A DNA stretch of 32,000 nt from Haloferax volcanii DS2 (GTDB taxonomy: Archaea > Halobacteriota > Halobacteria > Halobacteriales > Haloferacaceae). A program made the position numbers and the translations under genes. The DNA lies in the NCBI RefSeq assembly GCF_000025685.1, contig NC_013964.1:240001-272000 (forward strand). Reading direction: 5' to 3'. Within the stretch, counting starts at the first letter, position 1; every line of letters begins with the position of its first letter. This document shows, in pieces, positions 1-7,970 of this stretch. The notes under the pieces were generated by a model, which had not been told where the DNA came from, did no database searches, and saw only the letters and a program-made list of their open reading frames with translations.

Positions 1-454
1 CGAGTTCAAGGCCGTGGAAGTGCGTGACGGTCCGAACCTCCGGCACGGGACCGTCGTAGCCGGGGTGGTTCTCCGCGGTCGTGCCGCCGAGTCGGTCGTC
101 GACGGGAAAGAGGTGTTCGCTCGGGAGGCCGCTGTTGTCGAAGCGAACGTGGACCGGGCTCCCGGCGTCCGCCTCGATGGTCGGGCCGGGATACGACCCG
201 TCGAACCCCCAGACCGTCGTCTCCGGCAGGTCCGGGTGAAGCTGTTGGGTGAACTCGGTGACCGCTATCTCGTACGCGTCCGCGCCGTCTCGCTGTCCGT
301 CGGGCTCTCGGACCGACGGAATCGGAAGCGGTTGGACGAACTTCTCCAACGTCGGTGACGCCGCCGACACCTCCGTCGTCGTCTGCGGGAGCGTTCCGGC
401 GATGCCGAGGGCTGCGCCTGTCTGTAAGAACCGCCGCCTAGACCAGTCTGTCAT
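1..454 (-). CDS. lccA: Multicopper oxidase (laccase-type), N-terminal ~151 codons; gene runs off the window start
   Basis: Not in the ORF track because it runs off the edge. My own minus-strand translation from the ATG at 454 gives MTDWSRRRFLQTGAALGIAGTLP...TVWGFDGSYPGPTIEADAGSPVHVRFDN...VTHFHGLEL. It has a twin-arginine signal (SRRRFLQTG), a cupredoxin domain-1 pattern and the HxHG copper-ligand motif of multicopper oxidases. The N-terminus matches my memory of Haloferax volcanii LccA; that identity is unverified. Confidence 0.85.
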   Translation of the reverse strand, partial: MTDWSRRRFLQTGAALGIAGTLPQTTTEVSAASPTLEKFVQPLPIPSVREPDGQRDGADAYEIAVTEFTQQLHPDLPETTVWGFDGSYPGPTIEADAGSPVHVRFDNSGLPSEHLFPVDDRLGGTTAENHPGYDGPVPEVRTVTHFHGLEL

Positions 455-482
455 GATGGACCCTGAACTACGACTTGGGAGT

Positions 483-496
483 TATTATATTAAATC
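483..496 (-). promoter_or_regulatory. AT-rich TATA-like box upstream of the multicopper oxidase gene
   Basis: ttattatattaaat is the only AT-rich patch in the 455-589 intergenic gap. It lies about 30-40 nt upstream of the ATG at 454 on the minus strand. Confidence 0.35.
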
Positions 497-562
497 TTCT
501 GAATGTCCGAATCAGGCCCGAGAACGGGCGTCGAGAGCGTGGCTGACCGCGGCGATTCGAGT

Positions 563-585
563 GCGAGACGGGCGGGCCGTCTCGC
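563..585 (-). terminator. GC-rich hairpin just downstream of the surface-protein gene stop
   Basis: Perfect 9-bp inverted repeat, gcgagacgg (563-571) and ccgtctcgc (577-585), with a 5-nt loop. It begins a few nt past the stop codon at 590-592 (minus strand). No clear oligo-T follows, so the termination role is tentative. Confidence 0.3.
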
Positions 586-589
586 TTCG

Positions 590-2302
590 CTAGGTCGCTC
601 GCCGGCGCGCGAGGAGGACCGAGCCGATTACCAGCGCGGCGAGCGCGACCGAGACGCCGAACCCGGGGACGGGCGTGTCGGTGGTGGTCGTCGCGGGCGT
701 GTTATCGTCGGTCGTCGTCTCCGGAGTCCCTCCCGAGTCGCCGTCCGACCCGTCGGAACCGTCGCCTGCGTCGTCACCGTCGTTCGAGTCGTCGCTGTCG
801 TCACCAGTGTCGTCATCGTCGCCGTCGTTCGAGTCGTCGCTGTCGCCCGAGTCGTCATCGCCGTCGTTCGAGTCGTCGCTGTCGTCACCAGTGTCGTCAT
901 CGTCGCCGTCGTCCGGGGAGTCCGTGGACTCGGGCGTGTCGGAGTTCCCGTCGTCCGTATCGTCATCATCACTCTCGTCGTTATCGTCGTCATCTCTATC
1001 GTCGTCGTCATCGTCACTGCCGCCGCCACCACCACCACCGCCGCCACCGGCGTCGTCGTCGGAACCGACCGCGAGCGTCTCGACGCCGTCGACGCTCATC
1101 TCCTTGCCGTCGGCGTCGAACTGGGTGAACCCGTTGAGCCGGTACGAGGCGTCTTCGTCCACGTCCTCGCCGGCGGTCACGCGATACTGGAGCGTGACGT
1201 TCTCGCGGTCGCCGTAAGTGGCGAACAGTTCGTCGTTGGCGTCGCGCACCCCGGAGAAGTCCGCGCCGTCGGCGTCGACGATTTCGACCGACGCGAAGCC
1301 GGGGTTGAACTCCTCGACGACGGTGAAGTTCGTCGCCTCGTCGCCGGTGATTTCGACCGAGACGACGGCCGATTCGCCGGGGTCGAGCGTCTCGTCGTCG
1401 ACCGACCGGGTGAGGTCCCAGTTGTCGTCGTCGTCGGACCCGCTTTGGACGTCGAGCTCGTCCGTTCCACCGGTCGCCGCCTCGGAGCCGTTGACGTCGG
1501 CGAAGCCGTCGAACTGATAGGCCGTTCCGGCGTCCCCGTCGTCGGCCGCTGTCACCTCGTAGACGAGCGAGACCGTCTCGCGGTCGCCGTAGGTCGCGAA
1601 CAGTTCGTCGTTGGCGTCACGGACGCCGGAGAAGTCCGCGCCGTCGGCGTCGACGATTGCCACCGAGTCGAACGCGGGGGTGAACGCCTCGACCAGCGTG
1701 AAGTTCGCCGCCCGGTCGCGGTTGACCTCGACGCGGACGGTCGTCGATTCGCCCGGTTCGAGCGTCGCCTCGTCGACCGACCGGACCACGCTCGCGCCGG
1801 CGTCGGACGAGACGCTAATCTCCTCGTCGCCGGTCGTCGAGGCACGAATATCTTCGAGCCCGAAGTCGCCGTAGCCGGTGAGGTCGTGGGTCGTCGCGGT
1901 CGCGTTATCGGCCGCGGTCACCTCGTAGACGAGGGTGACGTTCTCGCGGTCGCCGTAGGTCGCGAACAGCTCGTCGTTGCCGTCGCGCACCCCGGAGAAG
2001 TCCGCGCCGTCGGCGTCGACGATTTCGACCGACGCGAAGCCCGGACTCAGCTCTTCGACCACCGTGAAGTTCCCCCGTTCGGAGGCGTTTATCGCCACCG
2101 TGACCGTCGTCGACTCGCCGGGCGCGAGCGACGACTCGTCGACCGTCCGAGTGAGCGTCCCGCCGTGGGCGTCCGCGGCGACCGGCGCGATAGCCGCCCC
2201 CAGCCCGAGCGACCCGACCACCAGAAGGGCCGCCATCACGACGACGGGGAGCGCACGTCGCACCTCCGACGACAGCCTCGGGCGTGAACTGTCCGGTCTC
2301 AT
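590..2302 (-). CDS. Secreted cell-surface glycoprotein with PGF-CTERM archaeosortase sorting signal
   Basis: 570 aa. N-terminal hydrophobic signal (ALPVVVMAALLVVGSLGLGAAIAPVAADA). Three ~100-aa repeats. A ~125-aa Asp/Gly/Ser/Thr low-complexity spacer. The C-terminus TPVPGFGVSVALAALVIGSVLLARRRAT is a PGF motif plus TM helix plus basic tail. Eight N-x-S/T sequons and a Thr-rich linker precede the PGF motif. Confidence 0.88.
   Translation of the reverse strand: MRPDSSRPRLSSEVRRALPVVVMAALLVVGSLGLGAAIAPVAADAHGGTLTRTVDESSLAPGESTTVTVAINASERGNFTVVEELSPGFASVEIVDADGADFSGVRDGNDELFATYGDRENVTLVYEVTAADNATATTHDLTGYGDFGLEDIRASTTGDEEISVSSDAGASVVRSVDEATLEPGESTTVRVEVNRDRAANFTLVEAFTPAFDSVAIVDADGADFSGVRDANDELFATYGDRETVSLVYEVTAADDGDAGTAYQFDGFADVNGSEAATGGTDELDVQSGSDDDDNWDLTRSVDDETLDPGESAVVSVEITGDEATNFTVVEEFNPGFASVEIVDADGADFSGVRDANDELFATYGDRENVTLQYRVTAGEDVDEDASYRLNGFTQFDADGKEMSVDGVETLAVGSDDDAGGGGGGGGGGSDDDDDDRDDDDNDESDDDDTDDGNSDTPESTDSPDDGDDDDTGDDSDDSNDGDDDSGDSDDSNDGDDDDTGDDSDDSNDGDDAGDGSDGSDGDSGGTPETTTDDNTPATTTTDTPVPGFGVSVALAALVIGSVLLARRRAT
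683..1063 (-). repeat. Low-complexity acidic spacer coding region with short tandem DNA repeats and a (GGN)10 tract
   Basis: Encodes SDDDAGGGGGGGGGGSDDDDDDRDDDDNDESDDDD...(T/S)GD(D/S)SDDSNDGDDD x3. The 22-mer gtcgttcgagtcgtcgctgtcg occurs at 779, 824 and 863 (periods 45 and 39 nt). The Gly10 run is encoded at about 1021-1050. Confidence 0.9.
1109..2161 (-). repeat. Three intragenic domain repeats (aa 48-148, 169-270, 295-398) of the surface protein
   Basis: Repeated core: VD(E/D)xxLxPGES..V.V......NFT.VE.F.P.F.SV.IVDADGADFSGVRD.NDELFATYGDRE.V.L.Y.VTA. At DNA level the stretch beginning gcgaacag recurs at 1221, 1596 and 1962, offsets of 375 and 741 nt (125 and 247 codons). The 1221 and 1962 copies are nearly identical over about 80 nt. 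Confidence 0.9.
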
Positions 2303-2687
2303 GGTGAGCGAGCGAGGTTCGGTCCCGACGGGTCACTCGTTCCGCGAGCGACGTGCGAAGCGGCCGTCGGGGGCTTCGATTCGCCCCGGCGGGTCGCGGT
2401 CGTGTGACGGGTCGCGGCCGCCGGCGGTGTCTGTTCGACTCGTCGGTCTGGAGACGGGCGTCTCGGGCGCGCGCTACCTCTGAACGCCGATAGCTGGCTC
2501 TCGTTGGAACGCATGCAATCAGCGTGTGAATCGAAATCGCCATGCAAATAGTTAACGATCATCTGACTCGGTCCCGCGCTCGGCGGGCCGCGACGCCACT
2601 CGCGGGACGCCGCTCGTCGGAGTCCGAGCCCCATTCGGGGCGATATTCGGTGAGTCGCGCCGCGAATCCGCGCCCGTTTTCGGCGTT

Positions 2688-3539
2688 TCAGCGGACGTAG
2701 TCGGCCAGTTCGTCTCGCGCGCGCCGGGCCGCGTCGTCGGGGTCGTCGGGGTAGGTGTACAGTTCGAACGTGGCGAAGCCGTCGTACCCGATGTCGTCGA
2801 GCGCGCCGAAGACGGGGTCGAACTCGATGTCACCTTCGCCGGGGACGAGGTGGTAGTGTTTCCCGCCGCGGCCGCCCGCGATGTCTTCGAGGTGGACGCC
2901 CGTGATGCGGCCGGCGCACTGGCGGATGCTCTCGGCCGGGTCCTCGCCGCAGACGGCCGCGTGGCCGACGTCGAAGTTGACGCCGAGCGCGTCGCTCCCC
3001 ACGTCGTCGATGAGGGTGAGCACCTCCTCGGTGTCCTCGACGAGTAGTTCGGGTTCGAACTCGATGCCGAGGTCGACGCCGACGCGTTCGGCGTAGTCGG
3101 TGAGTTCGTCGAGCGAGTCGAGCAGGTGGTCGTAGGCCTCGTCCGGCGGCGTTCCGGGGAGCGCCGACCCGCTCGCGACGCACGCCGCGGGCGCGCCGAC
3201 CAGCGCCGCGAAGTCGAGCGCGGCCTTCGTGTAATCGATGCGCCACCGGCGGTCCTCCTCGTCGCCCGAGATGAGCGTCGGGTCGAAGAACGCCGAGGGC
3301 GGCGCGTCGTCGTAGTAGCCGCGGGTCGTGTTCGCGTTGACGTTCGACACGGAGAGGCCGGTCTCGTCAAGCGCGGTCAAGACGCGCTCGCGGTCGCGCT
3401 CGTCGAAGTCCGCGAGGAACGCGTGCGGCACGTCCGCCAGTATTTCGACCCCGTCGTAGCCGTGGTCTGCGATTCGTCTGATTGCCTCCGGCAGGTCGAA
3501 ACGCGTGTACGCGTTCGTGGAGAAGGCTAACTGTACCAT
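2688..3539 (-). CDS. Sugar phosphate isomerase/epimerase, xylose-isomerase-like TIM barrel (AP endonuclease 2 fold)
   Basis: MVQLAFSTNAYTRFDLPEAIRRIADHGYDGVEILADVPHAF...HLEDI...FELY is the typical family pattern. The track start at 3557 is GTG. I prefer the ATG at 3539 because an AT-rich box (3561-3574) is centred about 28 nt upstream, which fits a leaderless transcript. Confidence 0.85.
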   Translation of the reverse strand: MVQLAFSTNAYTRFDLPEAIRRIADHGYDGVEILADVPHAFLADFDERDRERVLTALDETGLSVSNVNANTTRGYYDDAPPSAFFDPTLISGDEEDRRWRIDYTKAALDFAALVGAPAACVASGSALPGTPPDEAYDHLLDSLDELTDYAERVGVDLGIEFEPELLVEDTEEVLTLIDDVGSDALGVNFDVGHAAVCGEDPAESIRQCAGRITGVHLEDIAGGRGGKHYHLVPGEGDIEFDPVFGALDDIGYDGFATFELYTYPDDPDDAARRARDELADYVR

Positions 3540-3560
3540 ACGTCGTGGTACAGTCACACA

Positions 3561-3574
3561 TGAATAATTGTTTT
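3561..3574 (-). promoter_or_regulatory. TATA-like box for the 2688-3539 TIM-barrel gene
   Basis: tgaataattgtttt (minus strand aaaacaattattca) is centred about 28 nt upstream of the ATG at 3539. Confidence 0.45.
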
Positions 3575-3634
3575 GGTACTGTCACTCATTCGGGCCGAAA
3601 AACGTGAAGCGAGCCGCCGAGGGAGCCCGTCGGT

Positions 3635-4597
3635 TCACGACACGTCGAACGCCGACGAGAGGCCGACCGCCGGGACGACGAACGCCGCCGCGACGACGCC
3701 CCACACGGGTGTCAGCAGTCCGGAAAGCGCCCCGTTGAGGACGACGAGACCGAGGACGCACGCGCCGACGGCGGGGCCGATAGTGCTCGGTCGAGGGTCG
3801 GCGTAGGCGGTCAGGAGGTCGCGGCCGGTCCACGCCGCGAACCAGCAGAGCAAGCCACCGGCCACGACGACCGTCGCGGTATCGCTCGGGCCGACGCCGA
3901 CCGCCGCGCCGGCCGCGACCACCGACCCGACGGCGAGTCCGACACCGGCCATTCCGACCAGCACCGCCCGCGAGTCGCCCGCACCGGTCTCGCGCTCGGC
4001 CATGTACGTGACGCCGGCGATGTAGAGCGCGACGACGACCGGCACGAAGAACACCCACGCCGGGAGCGTCAGGGTCGTCGGGGCGGAGGGCGACCCAGCG
4101 ACGACCGCCATGCCGAGAGCGACGTTCGCCCCCCGACAGCCACCCATGGCGGCGAAGCCCAGCGGCGTGCCCTTGAGCGCGCCGTCGTAGAGCGCGATGA
4201 ACGAACCGAGGACGGCGGCGACGATTCCGGCGGTCGGTCCCCCGGCGGCCGCGGCGACGACGACCCCGGCACCGAGCAGCGCGAGGCCGAGATTTCTCGC
4301 TCGCGTGCGCGACACGTCTCCCGACGGAATCGGTCGCTCCGGGCGGAGCCGGGCGTCCTCGTCGGCGTCGGCGTAGTCGTTGAGCGTCGTGCCGGCCGCG
4401 TAGAGCAGCACCGAGGCGAGCGCGGTGCCGGCGAGCGACGAGAGCGGAACCGCTGGGCGGCCGCCGCTGACCAGCACCGCCCCGAGGATAACGTCGGGCG
4501 GCGCGGTGAACAGGTTCGGGACGCGGACGAGTCTGGCGAGGCTCGAAAGCGAGCGTCGAAGACCGCCGGTCGCGGGTGTCGCGTTCGTTCGGTTCAT
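3635..4597 (-). CDS. UbiA-family integral-membrane prenyltransferase
   Basis: 320 aa with multiple hydrophobic helices. First Asp-rich motif NDYADADEDARLRPERPIPSG (aa 73-93) fits NDxxDxxxD...RP(I/L)xSG. YDGALKG is also present. ATG start checked at 4595-4597. Confidence 0.88.
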   Translation of the reverse strand: MNRTNATPATGGLRRSLSSLARLVRVPNLFTAPPDVILGAVLVSGGRPAVPLSSLAGTALASVLLYAAGTTLNDYADADEDARLRPERPIPSGDVSRTRARNLGLALLGAGVVVAAAAGGPTAGIVAAVLGSFIALYDGALKGTPLGFAAMGGCRGANVALGMAVVAGSPSAPTTLTLPAWVFFVPVVVALYIAGVTYMAERETGAGDSRAVLVGMAGVGLAVGSVVAAGAAVGVGPSDTATVVVAGGLLCWFAAWTGRDLLTAYADPRPSTIGPAVGACVLGLVVLNGALSGLLTPVWGVVAAAFVVPAVGLSSAFDVS

Positions 4598-4642
4598 CGT
4601 CGGCCAGTCGCTGGGACGGGTGCTCGCGTTCGAGCGAGGCGG

Positions 4643-5518
4643 TCAGGTCCACCCATGGGCTTCGAGGTACTCCATCGCGGTTCGGGCCGTCTCCGCCGCA
4701 GTCTCCTGATAGGGGTACAGTTCGACCGTGACGTGGCCGTCGTAGCCGGTCGCCTCGACCGCGTCGAGGAAGCCGTCGATGTCCATCGCCCCCTCACCGA
4801 GTTGGGTGTGTTCGTGGGTGCGGTCCGCGGGGATGTCTTCGAGGTGATAATGTGGCGTGTGGGGTTCGAGCGTCTCCACCAGTTCGACCGGGTCCTCGCC
4901 GACCGAGTAGAAGTGTCCCGCGTCGAAGTTACAGCCGATTCGGGGCGAGTCGACCCGGTCGACGAGGTCGAGGAAGTCCTCGGGGGTCTCGATGAGCAGG
5001 TGCGGTTCGGGTTCGACCAGCACGTCGACGCCGAGTTTCTCCGCGGTGTCAGCGACCTCGCGGAGCCCTCGGACGAAGGCGTCGAGCGCGTCCGCCCGCG
5101 TCATGCGCTCCGGGACGGGGCCGCCCGGCGGGACCGAGATGCTGTCCGCGCCGAGCGCGGCCGCGGTGGCGAGCGCGTTCTGCGTGTGCTCGACCCGCGC
5201 CTGTCGGTCCTCGGCCGCGAGTTCGACGAACGAGGGGTGGTGAAACGCCTCGGTGTCGCGGTTGAACGTCGCCGCCCGACTCGCCGCGGAGGGCTCGATG
5301 GCGCTGAGCATGAACGCGTTACAGTTGCTGACTTCGATGCCGCAGTCGTCGAGAAGCGTCCGAACGCGTTCGAAATCGTCGCCGTCGGCCGTCCCCGGGA
5401 ACAGATGCGGGTCGTCGAGCAGGATTTCGACGCCGTCGTAGCCGGCGTCGGCGATTGCCTCGACCCCCTCGGTGAGAGTTCGCTGGCGGAACGCGTTCAT
5501 CGAGAAGCCGAACTCCAT
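4643..5518 (-). CDS. Sugar phosphate isomerase/epimerase, xylose-isomerase-like TIM barrel (second copy)
   Basis: MEFGFSMNAFRQRTLTEGVEAIADAGYDGVEILLDDPHLFP...NFDAGHF...HYHLEDI...VELYPY. Same fold family as 2688-3539 but clearly diverged. It starts 3 nt after the upstream TatD-type gene stop. Confidence 0.85.
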   Translation of the reverse strand: MEFGFSMNAFRQRTLTEGVEAIADAGYDGVEILLDDPHLFPGTADGDDFERVRTLLDDCGIEVSNCNAFMLSAIEPSAASRAATFNRDTEAFHHPSFVELAAEDRQARVEHTQNALATAAALGADSISVPPGGPVPERMTRADALDAFVRGLREVADTAEKLGVDVLVEPEPHLLIETPEDFLDLVDRVDSPRIGCNFDAGHFYSVGEDPVELVETLEPHTPHYHLEDIPADRTHEHTQLGEGAMDIDGFLDAVEATGYDGHVTVELYPYQETAAETARTAMEYLEAHGWT

Positions 5519-5521
5519 CGG

Positions 5522-6328
5522 TCACAGCTCGTAGTGGAAGTTCGGTGACTGGCCGAAGAACTCCCGGGGGTTGTCGCAGACGACCTTCCGGACCTCGTCT
5601 CGGTCCCAGCCCCGGTCGAGCATCTTGTCTCGGGCCTTCGGGACCGCGAGCGGGTCCGAGGGGTCCCAGTCGGCGGCGCTGTTGAGCAGCATCCTGTCGG
5701 TGCCGTACTCTTCGAGGATGTCGATGGTCGTCTCGGCGTCTATCTTTCCGGGGTAGAGGGTGAAGCCGAGCCAGCAGTCGGTTTGCAGCGAGATGTCGAC
5801 CGTGTTCTCGGTGTTGTGGTCGATGACGATTCGCTCCTCGGTCACGTCCTCGTCTTGAATCATCTCGACGAGTCGCTCGGTCCCCTCGGGTTTCTGGGTG
5901 TGCGGGGTGTGGATGATGACCGGCAGTTCGCGCTCCTCCGCCATCCTGAGTTGGCGTCTGAACGCGTACTCCTCGGCCTCGGTCCCCTGGTCGAGCCCGA
6001 TTTCACCGAGTCCGACGACGTGCTCGCGGTCGAGGTACTCGGGGAGGCCGTCCATCACGGCCTCGGCCATCTCGGGGTAGTTCGCCTCCTTCGGTTCGAG
6101 GCCGACCGTGACGTAGTGGTCGATGCCCGCCGCCCGCTCCGCGCGGTCGGTCTCGAACTCGATTATCTGCTCGAAGTAGTCGAAGAACGACGCCGCGTGC
6201 TGCTTGTCCGTCCCGCTCCAGAACGCCGGTTCGACGCAGCATTCCACGCCCGCGAGTCGGGCGCGCTCGTAGTCGCTCGTCGAGCGAGACACCATGTGCA
6301 TGTGCGGGTCGATAATTGGTATCGACAT
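5522..6328 (-). CDS. TatD-related metal-dependent hydrolase (amidohydrolase superfamily)
   Basis: N-terminal IIDPHMHM (HxH metal motif), GLGEIGLD and IIHTPH motifs, 268 aa. An AT-rich box at 6348-6364 is centred about 28 nt upstream of the ATG at 6328. Confidence 0.8.
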   Translation of the reverse strand: MSIPIIDPHMHMVSRSTSDYERARLAGVECCVEPAFWSGTDKQHAASFFDYFEQIIEFETDRAERAAGIDHYVTVGLEPKEANYPEMAEAVMDGLPEYLDREHVVGLGEIGLDQGTEAEEYAFRRQLRMAEERELPVIIHTPHTQKPEGTERLVEMIQDEDVTEERIVIDHNTENTVDISLQTDCWLGFTLYPGKIDAETTIDILEEYGTDRMLLNSAADWDPSDPLAVPKARDKMLDRGWDRDEVRKVVCDNPREFFGQSPNFHYEL

Positions 6329-6482
6329 GTGACCTACCTCTCTGATGGTAGTTAATCATTGTTTCGGTGGATTCGGTGACGGCCGGGGGGCGGGGGCGCC
6401 ACGGCCGCGCAACGCCCGGCCGACGCGGCCGCGAGCGACGGCGGAGACAGCTATTTACTCGTCCGCGCCGACGCCGTAGTCG
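6329..6482. promoter_or_regulatory. Divergent promoter region with back-to-back TATA-like boxes
   Basis: gtagttaatcattgttt (6348-6364) serves the minus-strand TatD operon. ctatttactc (6451-6460) serves the plus-strand zinc-ribbon ORF. Each is centred about 28 nt from its ATG. A further box, ggttatgtat (about 6742-6751), lies about 28 nt upstream of the ATG at 6774. Confidence 0.45.
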
Positions 6483-6692
6483 ATGCCGGAACACTGTCCG
6501 TTCTGCGGCGAGCCGATAGAATCGACCCGCGTCACGCCCGAGGACGGTCGCCCCTACGAGGAGTGGCGCTGCGCCGACTGCGACGAGACGTGGCGACACC
6601 CCGAGGAGACGGTTCTCGACCGGTCTCTCGATTTCAGCAAGCACGGCGACCAACTCGACAGGCGGGACGCCGACACCGACCTCGACTGGTGA
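6483..6692 (+). CDS. Small acidic zinc-ribbon protein (69 aa), two CxxC pairs
   Basis: MPEHCPFCGEPIESTRV...EEWRCADCDETWRHPEE, with C5-x2-C8 and C30-x2-C33. Acidic composition is typical of genuine halophile proteins. ATG start with a TATA-like box 28 nt upstream. No family name assignable by eye. Confidence 0.6.
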   Translation: MPEHCPFCGEPIESTRVTPEDGRPYEEWRCADCDETWRHPEETVLDRSLDFSKHGDQLDRRDADTDLDW

Positions 6693-6773
6693 ACGGTCGC
6701 CCGCCGGTACCGACGCGGAAACAATCATGATTGACGGACAAGGTTATGTATCGGCCACCGCAATCGTGAGTCG

Positions 6774-7970
6774 ATGACAGTCGGAGTGTGGATTATCGGA
6801 GCCAGAGGTAACGTCGCGAGCGTCTCGATGACCGGCGCGCGCGCAATCGCTCGCGGAGTCGCGGACACGACCGGGATGGTGACGGCCCGCGAGCCGGTGG
6901 CCGCGCTGGACCTCCCCGCCGTCGACGACCTCGTGTTCGGGGGCCACGACATCCGGTCCCAGCGAATCGAGGAGACCGCCGAGGAGATGGCGGGCCACGG
7001 CGGCGTCGTGGCACCAGACACCCTCGACGCGGTCCGCGAGGACCTCCGCGAAATCGACGAGCGCGTCGAACTCGGGACCGCCCGGCGGTGCGGCGAGGCG
7101 GTCGAAGGGATGTCCTCGGAGACGACGGGAGAGGACGTGTCGGTTGCCGACATCGTCGAGGAGATACGGGCCGACTACGCCGCCTTCGCGGACTCGCAGG
7201 GCGTCGACCGGTTGGTCGTCGTGAACGCCGCGTCGACCGAGCCGCCGATTCCGACGCCCGGCGACTACGACACGCTGGCGGCGTTCGAGACGGCGGTCGA
7301 GCGCGACGACCCGAACCTCCCCGCGAGCGCCCTGTACGCCTACGCGGCGCTCCTCGACGGCCACCCGTACGTGAACTTCACCCCCAGTACCGGCTCCTCA
7401 CTCGGCGGCCTCCGCGAACTCGCGGAGCGAAACGAGGTGCCGCACATGGGCCGCGACGGGAAGACCGGCGAGACGCTGATGAAGTCCGCGCTCGGGCCGA
7501 TGTTCGCGGGGCGGAACCTGCGCGTCCTCTCGTGGGAGGGCCACAACATCCTCGGCAACAGCGACGGACTCGTCCTCGAAGACGACGCGAACAAGGCGGG
7601 GAAGATAGAGAGCAAGGGGAGCCTGCTGGACGACATCCTCGGCTACGAGACCCACAACGCCGTCCGCATCGACTACACGCCGTCGCTCGGTGACTGGAAG
7701 ACCGCGTGGGACCACGTCCACTTCGAGGGCTTCCTCGGGACGGAGATGAAGATGCAGTTCACGTGGGAGGGGGCTGACTCGGCGCTCGCGGCCCCGCTCG
7801 TTCTCGACTTGGTTCGGCTGGCCGCCCTTGCCGACGAGCGCGGAGAGGGCGGGACGATGTCCCACCTCGCGTCCTTCTTCAAGTCGCCCGAGGGCGTCGA
7901 CCGCCACGAACTCTCCGAGCAGTTCCGCCTCCTCTACGACTACGCGGAGCGCCACGCGGAGGGAGCGTGA
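6774..7970 (+). CDS. myo-Inositol-1-phosphate synthase family enzyme (inositol-3-phosphate synthase-like)
   Basis: 398 aa. It aligns by eye along its whole length with archaeal MIPS as I recall it: VWIIGARGNVAS (NAD-binding N-terminus), ASALYAYAAL, PYVNFTPS, GRDGKTGETL(M)KS, NILGNSDG, FFKSP. Confidence 0.88.
   Translation: MTVGVWIIGARGNVASVSMTGARAIARGVADTTGMVTAREPVAALDLPAVDDLVFGGHDIRSQRIEETAEEMAGHGGVVAPDTLDAVREDLREIDERVELGTARRCGEAVEGMSSETTGEDVSVADIVEEIRADYAAFADSQGVDRLVVVNAASTEPPIPTPGDYDTLAAFETAVERDDPNLPASALYAYAALLDGHPYVNFTPSTGSSLGGLRELAERNEVPHMGRDGKTGETLMKSALGPMFAGRNLRVLSWEGHNILGNSDGLVLEDDANKAGKIESKGSLLDDILGYETHNAVRIDYTPSLGDWKTAWDHVHFEGFLGTEMKMQFTWEGADSALAAPLVLDLVRLAALADERGEGGTMSHLASFFKSPEGVDRHELSEQFRLLYDYAERHAEGA

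Noticed and set aside
503-2287. 594-aa plus-strand ORF, plus several 90-210-aa ORFs, overlapping the surface-protein gene
   Set aside because: It is antisense to a gene with clear signal, repeat and PGF-CTERM architecture. The translation is Val/Arg/Gly-rich low complexity, typical of high-GC antisense frames.
3582-4652. 356-aa minus-strand ORF overlapping the UbiA gene in another frame
   Set aside because: It is extremely Arg-rich (RRRRGR runs) with no membrane or enzyme motifs. The alternative frame (3635-4597) has the NDxxDxxxD UbiA motif and transmembrane helices.
6774-7970. MIPS gene simply serving archaetidylinositol or di-myo-inositol-phosphate synthesis
   Set aside because: Those pathways need a CDP-alcohol phosphatidyltransferase or IPCT/DIPPS, and none is present. 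The tightly linked partners are instead UbiA, TatD, TIM-barrel and NPP-type enzymes. This is not fully excluded, since the required genes could be elsewhere in the genome.
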